NCBI GenBank assembly: GCA_951406725.2
Contig: OX597817.1
Span: forward strand, 159,898,001-159,962,000
DNA: 64,000 nucleotides
Direction: 5' to 3'
Origin: Octopus vulgaris
Lineage: Eukaryota
This document shows positions 1 to 13,086 of this stretch, one piece after another. Every line of letters starts with the position of its first letter. Within the stretch, counting starts at the first letter, position 1. A model generated the notes under the pieces. It searched no databases. It had not been told where the DNA came from and worked only from the letters and a program-made list of their open reading frames with translations. A program made the translations under genes and the position numbers.

Positions 1-225
1 GTATGTGTGTGTGCTTTTGTACCTGTGTTTTTTCACCATCACCGCTTGACTGATGTTGGTTTGTTTACGTATCTGTAACATAGCGATTCAGTAAAGGAGA
101 CTGACAGAATAAGTATCAGCCGTAAAAAATAAGCACCAGGGTCAATTTGTTCAACTAAGAAGAAACCTTCAAGGTGGTACTCTGGCATGACTGCAGTCCA
201 GTAACTGAAACAAGTAAAAGGTAAA
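1..225 (+). mobile_element. SINE family A, 3' half
   Basis: Diverged match to the tail of full copies at 10421-10862 and 29765-30157 (gcttgac..., gatagaataagta..., gcatg.c.gcagtc...actgaaacaagtaaaag). Confidence 0.8.
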
Positions 226-385
226 ATAAAAAAAAAAATTAAAATATCTAGCAACTTTGTGATCTTGGTAAATATGCAACTGAAAACCAAAAATGGTTGT
301 TTGAGAAGAATTTTATCATGTGTATGAAGTTTTGTGGAGATGTAAATAAAATATGCGGAAATGTGGTGTCTTTGTGTTTGGAAGT

Positions 386-786
386 GGAATGGATGGATGG
401 AAGCACTCCGTCGGTTACGACGATGAGGGTTCCGGTTGATCTGATCAACGGAACAGCCTGCTCATGAAATTAACGTGTAAGTGGCTGAGCACTCCACAGA
501 CACGTGTACCCTTAACGTAGTTCTCGGGGATATTCAGCGTGACTCAGAGAGTGACAAGGCCGGCCCCTTGAAATACAGGTACAACAGAAACAGGAAGTAA
601 GAGTGAGAGAAAGTTGTGGTGAAAGAGTACAGCAGGGATCACCACCATCCCCTGCCAGAGCCTTGTGGAGCTTTTTTGGTGTTTTCGCTCAATAAACACT
701 CACAACGCCCGGTCTGGGAATCGAAACCGCGATCCTACGACCACGAGTCCGCTGCCCTAACCACTGGGCCATTGCGCCTCCACATA
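386..786 (-). mobile_element. tRNA-derived SINE family B, full length
   Basis: Reverse complement of 4407-4796; A box tggcccagtgg, B-box-like gtttcgattcc; flanked by direct repeat tgtttggaagt (375-385 / 787-797). Confidence 0.92.
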
Positions 787-939
787 TGTTTGGAAGTATT
801 GCATAAAAGATCCATTTCATTTAAGAAGGGAATGAGAAGAGGATTCTATGAAGTTACTAAAAGTTCTTTTGGTAAAGGCTTCTACCTGGGCAATAAGAGT
901 TCTTGCAGACTATATGATGTATAAAGGAATCCTTTATTT

Positions 940-1345
940 TAGGCATAGATGTATGGTTAAGAAGTTTGCTTCCTGTTCAGTCCCACTTAGCACCTTAAAC
1001 AAGAGTTTTCTACTATAGCCCCAGGTCAACCAAATGTGAATGCATTTGGAAGAGAGAAACTGAAAGAAGCATGTATGTGTGTGTGCATGTGTGTATGTGT
1101 GTATGTGTGCATGTATGTATACGCATGTATGTGTGTACATGTGTGGAGCAGGGTATGGGTGTGTTTGTGTCTCCTTGTTTTCACATCACATGACAGTCGT
1201 TAAATAAGTGCCACGATCATACAAGCAGTGTCCTTCATTTCCAATCTTTCATGAAAGCATGTCCAGCTATAGAGAAATATCATCTTGCTTGGAAACAGGT
1301 GAGGGATGGTAACAGAAGGGCTTTCAGCTCTTGAGGATCTACCCC
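940..1345 (+). mobile_element. SINE with family A head, internal (TG)n and alternative RTE-linked tail
   Basis: Head matches 10421 copy; after the microsatellite it switches to ...cttggaaacaggtgaggg..., as in 7155-7680 (-) and 42600-42835. Confidence 0.7.
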
Positions 1346-1447
1346 AAAGAATGCTGACTTCCTTCCAATATGGGTAGTGTCCTTTAACAGCATAACTGCG
1401 TTGCAGCTACAAGTGAACCATTTTACGGTTGTGATCTTTGCTTGTAA

Positions 1448-1690
1448 GTGAAGACACATGTCTAGTGGTTAGAGTATTGCATGCATAATACGCAAGATTG
1501 TCAGTTCGATTCCTGAACCAGGCAGTTCGTTGTGTTTTTAAGTAAAACACTTCATTTCATGTTGCTCCAGTTCACTCAGCAGTAAATATGTTCCAACAAT
1601 AACTGGTAAGTTAAATCTGCTATGGACTAGCATCCCGTTCAGGGGAATGGGTATTGTGGAAGTCAGGTAAGTCTTAAGGATCAGGTGAAA
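1448..1690 (+). mobile_element. Decayed CORE-like tRNA SINE
   Basis: tctagtggttag...gttcgattcctg head followed by aaaacacttcatttcatgttgctccagttcactcagc; same as 32497 and 41287 copies. Confidence 0.75.
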
Positions 1691-3583
1691 AAAAAAATAA
1701 AAAGATCTTTGGCTGTGTGTAAAATGTAGGAGATATCTAAAAGGATGCTAAAGTTATCCACCTGGCTGTCACATATGGGAGACTTTAGTAAATAACAATC
1801 CTTTGTTAGAGAAGGATTGGTTGGATCCACAGCAGAATATATGACCATAACAAAACTATTTACAGAAAGTTCTTGAAGCTGGTCTGATTAGTAAATAAGG
1901 CACAAGGACAGATGTGTAGGCAGAGACGTGGTAGTATAGTTAAGAAGTTTGCTTCCCAACCATATAGTTCTGGGTTCTGTCCGACTGCATACCACCTCAG
2001 ACAAGTGTCTTCTACTATAGCCCTGGGTTAGGTCAAAGTCTTGTGAGTAGATCTCGCAGATGGAAACTGAAAGAAGCCTGTCATATATATGTGTTTGTGT
2101 GTGTGTGTATGTTTGTGTCTCCTTATCGAGACATGGCATAATAGTTATAAATGCGTGTTATTGTCATACAAGCAATGTAATTCATATATATATATATGCA
2201 CATACAATGGGCTTCCACATAGTTTCCATCTACCAAATTTGCTCATGAAGCTTTGGTCAGCCGGCGGCTTTAGTAGAAGACATTCACCCAAGATGCTGCA
2301 CAGTGGAACTGAACTCAAGACCACATGGTTGGGAAGTTTTCTAATAACTAAATGTTTCAATCTAATAATCCATGCAAATGTAAATATTTGCAGTAAAATA
2401 CAACCCACACTGATAAAGAATAAAATAGGTGCAAAAAATATTTCAATGAAGAATTTAAAAAAAAAAAGAAAGAAAGCAGAATGAAAGGGTTTTTGTATTT
2501 CATTAAATTTAATTCACTTCTGTTGAATGAAGTGATGAGCTATTCAAACTGTAATAGAGATGTGAACCTTATGCAGTTAATTATCTAATTGTCAAGGTCA
2601 TCAACAATCTTCGTTTCATACTTAGCTTGTGAGGACTGTAGCATATTGCTTCTCTTGGGACACCCTACAGAGGAACATATTGGCGATGCTACTGGGTTAT
2701 AAAGTACAATTTATTTTTAGTTGTAGGTGTTAAACTTAAGGGTCCTGTGAACACTGCTGGGGAATTCCTTCACCATTCCCTGAGATAATATTTCAAAGAA
2801 CTAAGTGAAAATAAAGGCTTGCTTTTATCGTTGCAACAAATAAATTACTTTCAGACGTGCACATTTTTAGATTTTCTTCTCAATACCTCTTCCGATAATT
2901 TTTATTTCTTTTTTTTTATATTATTATTATTTTTATTACTTTTTACTTCTTTAACATTAATTTGCTTCATCTCTCTTCTATGACTCCTTCTCTCTCTGAT
3001 TTAAGCTCAATTATTTTAGGGATAAGTCAAGGAGAGCTAACAAAACATTTTTTAACTTTTTCCTATCATAACATCCTTTCCTTTTTCTTCCTCATTTTCT
3101 CCCCCTTTTTTCACTGTTTTCATATAAAGGAGTGTACTTGTTTCAATTCCCCACCCTTACTGTAACATTTGAGTCATAAGAATTTGGCTCCTATGAGACT
3201 AGCAAACACCAGTCTATTTCTAGTCTCTATCACAATTATTACCATCATTAGCATTAGCACAAGTTCAAAACCTCTTGCTATCATCTATGTTATCACTACC
3301 AGCAACTATGCATTCCAACACCACTAAATTCACCATTCCTATTCACACTGTTATCATCAACTACTGTTAACAATATGAGTAACATTACATGTTTCTAGTC
3401 ACCAAATAACTACCCTCTACAGTGAATAATTATTGCATTTTTTTTCCCCTCAGAAATATTACAGATGTCCAGGTGCCAGCATGTTTGTGTAGTTAAGTAG
3501 CCTTTTTTTGCAGCTATGTAGTTTTGAGTTCAGTCTCATTGTGCAGCACCTTCTGCTATAACCCTGGGCTGACCAATGCTTTG

Positions 3584-3808
3584 TGGCAGAAAAGTTAGCA
3601 CGCCGGGCGAAATGCGTAGCCGTATTTCGTCTGCCGTTACGTTCTGAGTTAAAATTCCGCCGAGGTCGACTTTGCCTTTCATCCTTTCGGGGTCGATTAA
3701 ATAAGTACCAGTTACGCACTGGGGTCGATGTAATCGACTTAATCTGTTTGTCTGTCCTTGTTTGTCCCCTCTATGTTTAGCCCCTTGTGGGCAATAAAGA
3801 AATAAGAA
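3584..3808 (+). mobile_element. SINE family C, young copy nested in a family A SINE
   Basis: tggcagaa...gttctgagttaaaattccgccgaggtcgactttgcctttcatcctttcggggtcgat...; CpG-rich; interrupts a family A head (3470-3583). Near-identical to 21704-21925 (-). Confidence 0.88.
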
Positions 3809-4406
3809 ACAGTATACACATGTGTGCGTGTATGCGTGTGTGTGTCTGTGTGCGTGTGCGTGCATGCATGCTTGCTTGTGTGGAGACACATGACTTCATA
3901 TCTAGGGTGTTGCACCTGTGGTCGTAAGATTGCAATTTTAGTTCCTGGACCAGGTAAAAAATCTTCATTTCGCATTGCTCCAGTCAAGTCAGCCGGCAAT
4001 AATAAGTAGTTTTGCCACAGACTGGCATCCTGTCCAGCAAGTAATATACACACCACCAAATCTGGGGGAAACTAGCTTTGTGAGCCTATACCTCAAGAAA
4101 GAACCTTTGATCCTTTTGATATATGTATGTATCCATGGTATGTTTGTGTCTTTGTATCTGTGTTGTTCCTCCACCACACCACACTGTTCATTTGTTTACA
4201 GCACCATAACTTAACAGTTCAGCAAAAAGAGACTGATTGAGTAAGTAACAGCCTTAGAAAATTAAATACTGGGATTGATTTGTTAGACTAAAACCCTTCG
4301 AGGCAGTGCATGGCTGCTGCCCATTGATTGTCATAAATAAAAGATAAAAGACAAATGGCTCATATCATTCCAATTTATGTTTCTCCTATGACATACATAC
4401 TCTTCC

Positions 4407-4796
4407 GTGGAGGCGCAATGGCCCAGTGGTTAGGGCAGCGGACTCGTGGTCGTAGGATCGCGGTTTCAATTCCCAGACCGGGCGTTGTGAGTGTTTATTG
4501 AGCGAAAACACCAAAAAAGCTCCACGAGGCTCCGGCAGGGGATGGTGGTGATCCTTACTGTACTCTTTCACCACAACTTTCTCTCACTCTTACTTCCTGT
4601 TTCTGTTCTACCTGTATTTCAAAGGGCCGGCCTTGTCACTCTCTGTGTCACGCTGAATATCCCCGAGAACTACGTTAAGGGTACACGTGTCTGTGGAGTG
4701 CTCAGCCACTTACATGTTAATTTCACGAGCAGGCTGTTCCGTTGATTCGGATCAACCGGAACCCTCATCGTCGTAACCGACAGAGTGCTTCCATCC
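4407..4796 (+). mobile_element. tRNA-derived SINE family B, full length
   Basis: A box tggcccagtgg, B-box-like gtttcaattcc; perfect 12-bp TSD acatactcttcc (4395-4406 / 4797-4808). Confidence 0.95.
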
Positions 4797-5440
4797 ACAT
4801 ACTCTTCCTTATTTTGGAACTTTATTGACTGACTTTTGACAATACATACTACCCCTTATATCCTAAGATTTTGGTTTTTAATTATTACATCTTATTGCTA
4901 CATACAATTTTAATGCAACTGCATCCTTGCAATATTTATACATTTATACTACAATTCCCAAAATGTGTACCATCACCACCATCATCACCATCGCCATTAC
5001 CAGTTTATCAACACTGATATTACATCACTTGAACTGTATGTTTGTAATTCCTGTCAACCAGCAAGGAAATTTGTACAGACAGAAATTCCTTGAGGCATTT
5101 CCTTTTGCCAATACTTCACCTGTTTCCAAACATGGTAATGTTTCTGCATTGCTGGACATGTTTTCATGGAAGATAGGAAATGAACAACGCTTCTTCTATG
5201 ATGGTGACGGTCACTTCTATCTCTCACATGATGTCAAGACAAACACACACACACACACGCATACGACAGGCTTCTTTAAGTTTCTGTCTATTAAATCGAC
5301 TTACAAAGCTTTGGTTGATCTGAGGCTATAGTAGAAGGAACTTACCCAAGGTGTCACACTGTGGGGTTGAACCTAAAACCACATGGTTGAGAACTGAGCT
5401 TTTTAATCACACAGCCATGCCTGAAAAAGAAAAAGGTATA

Positions 5441-5487
<47 letters not shown>

Positions 5488-5489
<2 letters not shown>

Positions 5490-5870
5490 TCATCATCATC
5501 GTTTAACGTCCGCTTTCCATGCTAGCATGGGTTGGACGGTTCAACTGGGGGTCTGGGAAGCCCGAAGGTTGCACCAGGCCAGTCAGATCTGGCAGTGTTT
5601 CTACAGCTGGATGCCCTTCCTAACGCCAACCACTCCGTGAGTGTAGTGGGTGCTTTTTATGTGCCACCGACACAGGTGCCAGACGAAGCTGGGGAACGGC
5701 CACGCTCGGATTATGTTTTTTACGTGCCACCAGCACAGAGGCCAGTCAATGCGGTACTGGCTACGGTCACGTTCGGATGGTTTTCTTATGTGCCACCGGC
5801 ACTGGTACCACAAAACTACAAATTTCATTGATGTTCATCGATTTTGATTTGATTCTTTGATTTTTGATTT
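5488..5870 (-). mobile_element. RTE LINE 3' UTR fragment ending in (GAT)n
   Basis: Minus strand ends ...ggaagggcatccagctgtag...ggacgttaaacgatgatgatg; the same sequence follows an RTE ORF end at 36680-37145. Confidence 0.85.
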
Positions 5871-5875
5871 TTGAT

Positions 5876-5910
<35 letters not shown>

Positions 5911-5911
5911 A

Positions 5912-6113
5912 CAAAATCTGACTGCGTGTGTACCGTTGGCGATTTTCTTTCTCTGTCTTCTCTTCTTTGGATCTTTCCTTTTCCTATGTTTCTGACGAAG
6001 AGCTCTGCTCGAAACGTTAAACCCTCCTTCTTTCCTTCTTTCCTGAGTGTCCAATAACACTATACTTGTTCCCCGTCCTCGTGTTGTTGTGTTTTCTCTT
6101 TGTGTTTTCATGT

Positions 6114-6118
<5 letters not shown>
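5912..6118 (+). mobile_element. Penelope-like terminal-repeat fragment between (TA)n tracts
   Basis: Carries a minimal hammerhead and a pyrimidine-rich tail; bounded by TA/TG microsatellites. Confidence 0.65.
5988..6022 (+). ncRNA. Minimal type I hammerhead ribozyme motif
   Basis: gttt-CTGACGA-a-gagc(tct)gctc-GAAA-cg-TT-aaac: stem I gttt/aaac, stem II gagc/gctc, palindromic AACGTT at stem III, GUU site. Confidence 0.75.
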
Positions 6119-6161
<43 letters not shown>

Positions 6162-6419
6162 ATTGTCACAATTGGAATAGCTTTGATCATAGGTCAACTC
6201 AGTCAGAACTGACCTAGGGTTGAACAGCAATAACATTACCAGCATCTATTCTATAGCCAATATGTGTGGTCTACCTTCACTGTGCCATACTGTGCCGACA
6301 TATGGACACTAGAACAATACATATGATGTTCAATGTAAATATTAATTTATAATACAATATACCACAATACCCTGAATCTATATTTACTCTCACAGTCTTT
6401 CCTTGACATTGTTTGTGTC

Positions 6420-7135
6420 TCTTTCGCTCAACTCCAGTCTCTTGTTCTCTTTCTCTCTCTCCTCTTTCTCTTTCTCTGTGTGTCTATATGTGTACATTCC
6501 ATTCAGAGTGCTTCTTCTCTGTGTGTGCATCTCTAGCTGTCTCTCTCTCTCTCTTTCTCTTTCTGTCTGTCTCTCTTTCTATAGGTATATGTGTACATCC
6601 CTTTCAATGTTTCCTCTGTGTGTGTGCCTCTCTCTCTTTCTCTCTCCCTTTCTCTCTCTCTCTCTTTCTCTCTCTCTCCTCATTCTCTAGGTATCTATAT
6701 GTGTGTACATTCCTTTCAGTGTATTTCCTCTATCTGTGTCTCTCTGCCTCTCTCTCTGTCTCTCTTTGTTTGTCTGTCTCTCTCTCTTTCTCTCTTTGTC
6801 TCTCTGTCTCTGTCTCTGTCTCTCCATCTCTCTCTCTCTCAAACTCTCACTGTCCGTCTCTCTCTCTTTCTTTCTTTGTCTCTCTGTCTCTGTCTCTCCA
6901 TCTCTCTCTCTCAAACTCTCACTGTCTGTCTCTCTCTCTTTCTCTCTTTGTCTCTCTGTCTCTCCATCTCTCTCTCTCAAAATCTCACTGTCTCTCTCCC
7001 TCTCACTCCCTCTCTCTCCCCTCGGTGTATGTATGTCTCCTACATTTCTTCCTATCACTCTGTCTTGTCCTTCCTATTCGTGTGTCTCTTTCCCTTTTCC
7101 CTTTTTCTCTCTCCCTCTCTATCTCATCCTCTCGA
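6420..7135. repeat. Imperfect (CT)n/(CTGT)n polypyrimidine tract
   Basis: Directly visible; higher-order ~70-bp unit (tctccatctctctctctcaaa.tctcactgt) repeated three times at ~6821-6990. Confidence 0.95.
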
Positions 7136-7154
7136 TCTAACTGTCTGTAAGCAT

Positions 7155-7680
7155 GTCATCATCATCGTTTTAATGACCCCCTTTTCCATGCTTGCATGGG
7201 TCAGATGGAGTTTTTTGAGGCAGATTTTCTATGGCCAGTAGCATTACCTGTTGCTAATCATCACCTGTTTCCAAGCAAGGTAATAGTTCCCCACAGCCAA
7301 ATGTGGTTTTTCAGAATATTGGAAATGAATGACACTGCTTGTATGACAGTGACACTCATTTACAATTCTCATTTGATGTCAAGACAATGAGACACAAACA
7401 CACACATATTTTCATACATGTATGTGCACAGACACACATACACATGCACAGACACATGCATGCACACACACTCACACATGGAAACACGCATACACTCACA
7501 CATATGCACACATGCGTGCATACACATGCACACATGTGTGCACACACACACATTGAGCTTCTTTCAGTTTCCATTTACCAAATCCACTCACAAGGTGTTG
7601 GTTGGCATAGAGTTACAATAGAAGACAGTTGCCTGAGTTGCCATGCAGTGGGACTGAACCCGAAATCATGTGGTTAAATA
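7155..7680 (-). mobile_element. SINE with family A head and RTE-type tail
   Basis: Head at ~7555-7680 (-), internal (CA)n, tail reading ...gacccatgcaagcatggaaaa...ttaaaacgatgatgatg on the minus strand. Confidence 0.8.
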
Positions 7681-7899
7681 AAGTGGTTTATTTTTTGCTT
7701 AACCATGTTTTCTGACATATACATTATCATAGTATGTAGTGTAAGTATGTAGTGTAAACATTGAAACATCATCATGATCTTTCCAAATTGTGCTGCATTT
7801 CACATGGAATTTTTGGACCATTATAGTCAATGTGCATTTTGGCTATAAATTTTGGCCTGAAAATTTCAATTTGTATAACAGAAAATATGGACAGCAGGA

Positions 7900-9305
7900 A
7901 AAGATATCCAGGAATTCAGATTGCTATCTGTAAGGCACCTGAACAAATGCGCAATTACTGTCATGGTATATCCTGACTTTCTAATGCTATAGCAGGCTAT
8001 ATGGCAACATCCTGCTGATATACACCTTTGCAAAGGCCTTTGACAAGGTGGATCATGGCATGTGTGATATGTCACAAGTAGCAAGACCTTGGCATAGTTG
8101 GTAAACTAGGTGACTGGCGATATGACTTCTTAAAAGTTTTAAGCAGTTGCAGCCAATGTTGCCTTCTCTATAGAAACACAAATTCTGAATGGAGTGCCCC
8201 TGGGAACTGTCCTGGGGCCATTACTGTTCACTGGAGCTTTCTTAGACTTAAATAGTCACTGTCACTAGCCATGCCAATGATACAAAATTATCACTGACAA
8301 TAAAGAACCCTGATGGTGTCGTTAACTTGCAGTGAGTCCTAAATGCAATATACAAGTGGGTTGAACAAAACAACATGCAGTTTAATGCTGGAAAATTTCA
8401 GTCACTGTGCTATCAGCTCTTAAATGCACCACATCCTGCATATACAGGACCCAAAGGCACTGCCATCTCAGAGTCACAGATAATGAGAGACTTGGGGATC
8501 AGTATGTGTAATGATGCATCATTTCATGAGCACATTACCAAGACTACGACAAAGTGAAGACAATTGGCAAGATGGATACCAAGGTTCTTCAGGATAAGTG
8601 ATTAACAAGTATGTTGACCCTGTGGAAGACCTCTGTTCTCAGCCACCAGGATTATTGCTCTCAACTATGGTTATTGCATAGTATCAAACTAACAGTGGAG
8701 TTTGAAGTGCTCCAATACTTCTACACTGAAAGGATTGTCACAGTGCAGCAGATGAACTACTGACTGAGGCTGAAAAAACTATAAATTTACTCCCTAGAGT
8801 GAGATACGAGAAATATGGAATAGTTTACATACAGGAAATTCTGAAATGGCTTGTACCTAACTTCAGCATCAAATGTTATACAAATACCTGTACCTGATAC
8901 CATTGCATAGTACCAGAGGTACTGTCTAAAGTGTGGACCAAATATAGCAATAACTTGGTGTTCAAAAGCCCACAGCTCTTCAGTGATGTGCCAGAAGAAT
9001 TTAAAAATCTACATATTGTGTATGTGGGTATCTTCAAAAGGGAATTAGACATTCTGCTATCCATGATACCCAATGAACCAACATTTTGGCACAAAGTACA
9101 GATGAAGGTAGCGGTGTCAAACACCTTCACCCACCAATTTAGCCAATAACTAAGAAAAAAGCATATGCAAGAGGGATGATATGAACTCCCACCACATTGA
9201 AGAAATCAAACACAAAAGAGGGTTATTGAAAGGGTACAAAGGTCATGGGGGGGGGGGGTGCTCCAGCATGACTACAGCCACATGGCTAAAACAAATTAAA
9301 GAAAC
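7900..9305 (+). pseudogene. 5'-truncated, degenerate CR1/L2-group LINE (reverse transcriptase to 3' end)
   Basis: Translated motifs FAKAFDKVDHG (~8027-8059), GVPLGTVLGPLLF (8191-8229), SHANDTK (decayed YADD, 8267-8287), KWVEQNNMQFNAGKFQ; many stops and frameshifts. Confidence 0.9.
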
Positions 9306-9309
9306 ACAT

Positions 9310-10420
<1,111 letters not shown>

Positions 10421-10862
10421 GGCGCAGGAGTGGCTGTATGGTAAGTAGCTTGCTTACCAACCACACAGTTCTGGGTTCAGTCCCACTGCATGGCACCTTA
10501 GGCAAGTGTCTTCTACTATAGCCTCAGGCCGACCAAAGCCTTGTGAGTGGATTTGGTAGACGGAAACTGAAAGAAGCCCGTCGTATATATGTATATAACC
10601 CGTGCTAGCGCGGAAAACGGACGTTAAACGATGATGATTATGATGATGATGATGTGTGTGTGTTTGTCTCCCCAACATCACTTGACAACCGATGCTGGTG
10701 TGTTTATGTCCCCGTTACTTAGTGGTTCAGCAAAAGAGACCTATAGGATAAGTACTAGGCTTACAAAGAATAAGTCCTGGGGTCAATTTGCTCGACTAAA
10801 AGGCGCTGCTCCAGCATGGCCGCAGACAAATGACCGAAACAAGTAAAAGAGAATAAAAGAGA
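10421..10862 (+). mobile_element. SINE family A, full length, with nested RTE 3' tip
   Basis: ggcgcaggagtggctgtatggtaag...gggttcagtccc head, tail ending aagtaaaagagaataaaagag; aacccgtgctagc...ggacgttaaacgatgatg inserted at 10598-10652. Confidence 0.92.
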
Positions 10863-11026
10863 ATATATATATATATATATATGTGTGTGTATATATAGAT
10901 ATATATGTATGAGTGTGTATGTATATATATACATAGAAAGTGGACATTAAACAATGATGATGATGATGATGATGATGATGGCACATGCATACATACCTAC
11001 CTACCTACCTACATACACACACACAC

Positions 11027-11060
<34 letters not shown>

Positions 11061-11412
11061 CTTGAGCAGATCTCATACACATATACATATGTAGGCATAT
11101 ATATATATTTATATACATAACATCATCATCATCATCATCATTTAGCGGATATTAAGATGACGATGTTATGACAATTGCTCGAAATAGGAAGTAGATAAAA
11201 CAGCCGTCAACTGATGAAGGGTCGTTCTTTATGTTACTTGTCTTGTTTTTCATTTGCTTCTTTCATTGTTCAGAAGAAAAGTTTGTATTCCATCCTTTCA
11301 TATTTCATATTTCATGTGGCTTACGTTTTATGACGTCTTGTACCCATATATGCATATGGATACACACACACACACATATATATATAGGTATGTACATATA
11401 TGTATGTATATA

Positions 11413-11459
<47 letters not shown>

Positions 11460-11669
11460 TTTTAAATCAAGATTTTTAAAGGATTTAGTAAAATAACCTT
11501 TTTTGTTATTAAGCCTTTTTTTTAACCTCCCTGTAATTTGAAGGTATAGTAAGTTTTTTTCCTTTTGTTTTTTTTTTGTTTTTTTTTTTTGTCTTTTATG
11601 TTTTTTATTAACTGGTTTTTAATCATTGAATTGGGGCCATACTAAGGCACTGTCTTTAATTTTTTTTTT

Positions 11670-11927
11670 ATGGCCCCCGTGCCGGTGGCACATAAAAAGC
11701 ACCATCCGATCGTGGCCGTTTGCCAGACTCGTCTGGCATCTGTGCCGGTGGCACGTAAAAAGCACCCACTACACTCATGGAGTGGTTGGCGTTAGGAGGG
11801 CATCCAGCCGTAGAAACATTGCCAGATCAAACTGAGCCTGGTGCAGCCTTCTGGCTTCCCAGACCCCAGTTGAACCGTCCAACCCATGCTAGCATGGAAA
11901 GCGGACGCTAAACGATGATGATGATGA
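11670..11927 (+). mobile_element. RTE LINE 3' UTR fragment
   Basis: Two gtgccggtggcac units, ggcgttaggagggcatccagc, (GAT)n tail. Confidence 0.85.
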
Positions 11928-11941
11928 TATATATATATATT

Positions 11942-12022
11942 ATATTAAATTAGAGACAAAACCACTATTAGGCAAATCATTGTATGATTTGCCTAATAGT
12001 GGTTTTATCTCTAATTTAATAT
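11942..12022. repeat. Near-perfect palindrome, 39-bp arms, 3-nt loop
   Basis: Arms 11942-11980 and 11984-12022, one mismatch; follows (TA)n. Confidence 0.95.
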
Positions 12023-12427
12023 GATATAATATTTTACTATAAAATTGGATTCAATCCTAAATCTGATTTTTCCCTGTAAGTTTGGATTTATTCCCTAATA
12101 TTTTATTATATATATATATACACACACACATATAAATGTACATATATGTGTGTATATATATATATTTTTCATCATTATCTTCTTCATCATCATCATCATC
12201 GTTAACATCCATTTTCCATGCTGGCATGGGTTCAACAGTTTGACTGGGGACTGGCAAGCCAGGAGTCTGCACCAGGCTCAAATCTGATCTGGCAGAGTTT
12301 CTACAGCTTCCTAAAGCCAACTCCGAGAGTGCATTGGGTGCTTTTTGTGTCACCGGCACAGGAGCTGGTCAGGACGAGGGGGCTGGCATTGACCAAGTTC
12401 AGATGATGCTTTATATATATATATATG

Positions 12428-12494
<67 letters not shown>

Positions 12495-12496
<2 letters not shown>

Positions 12497-12600
12497 GAGA
12501 AAAGAAGCAACAAGAATGGATTAGTTTTTAGTACAATTATTTCATACAAAGACAGGCTTTGTACTAAAAACTAATCCATTCTTGTTGCTTCTTTTCTCGT
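12495..12600. repeat. Perfect inverted repeat, 42-bp arms
   Basis: acgagaaaagaagc...agtacaa (12495-12536) / ttgtact...cttttctcgt (12559-12600); unit lies between (TA)n tracts. Confidence 0.95.
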
Positions 12601-12715
12601 TTATAATCACCCCACACTACTGTATTGGTTAACACCATATAGTTTTCTGGTGCATCTAAGTTAAGTACCATATTCAAGTGAATTCATTAGAATTGACTTG
12701 AATCTTAATTGCTTT

Positions 12716-12757
<42 letters not shown>

Positions 12758-12759
<2 letters not shown>

Positions 12760-12870
12760 TAAAAAGCATCCGTGAGGTAAAATCGTGTAGCAAACCAAAT
12801 GGCGGTGCCCCAGCATGGCCACAGCTCATTAGCTGAAACTGGAAAAATCAAAATCAAATCAAATCAAATC
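12758..12870 (+). mobile_element. Short 3' end of a CR1-group LINE with (AAATC)n tail
   Basis: ggcggtgccccagcatggccacagctcattagctgaaac matches the LINE end at 9257-9292. Confidence 0.7.
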
Positions 12871-13037
12871 ATATATATATATATATAAATTATAAATTAT
12901 TAATTAGAGTTTCTCGTAGATACTCTAATTTATAATTTTAATAATTATTACCTTTGAAGGTTATTTTTTCCATGCTGGCCACTTGATAAAATCGTTATTT
13001 TATTTTTAGGTTAATGATCTTATCCTTATTTATATAA

Positions 13038-13086
<49 letters not shown>

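Noticed and set aside
4407-4480. tRNA genes here and at 20640, 32497, 56581
   Set aside because: A/B boxes present but no full cloverleaf; they continue into SINE bodies.
6413-7241. 245-aa and 216-aa Ser/Leu ORFs
   Set aside because: Translation of the (CT)n tract.
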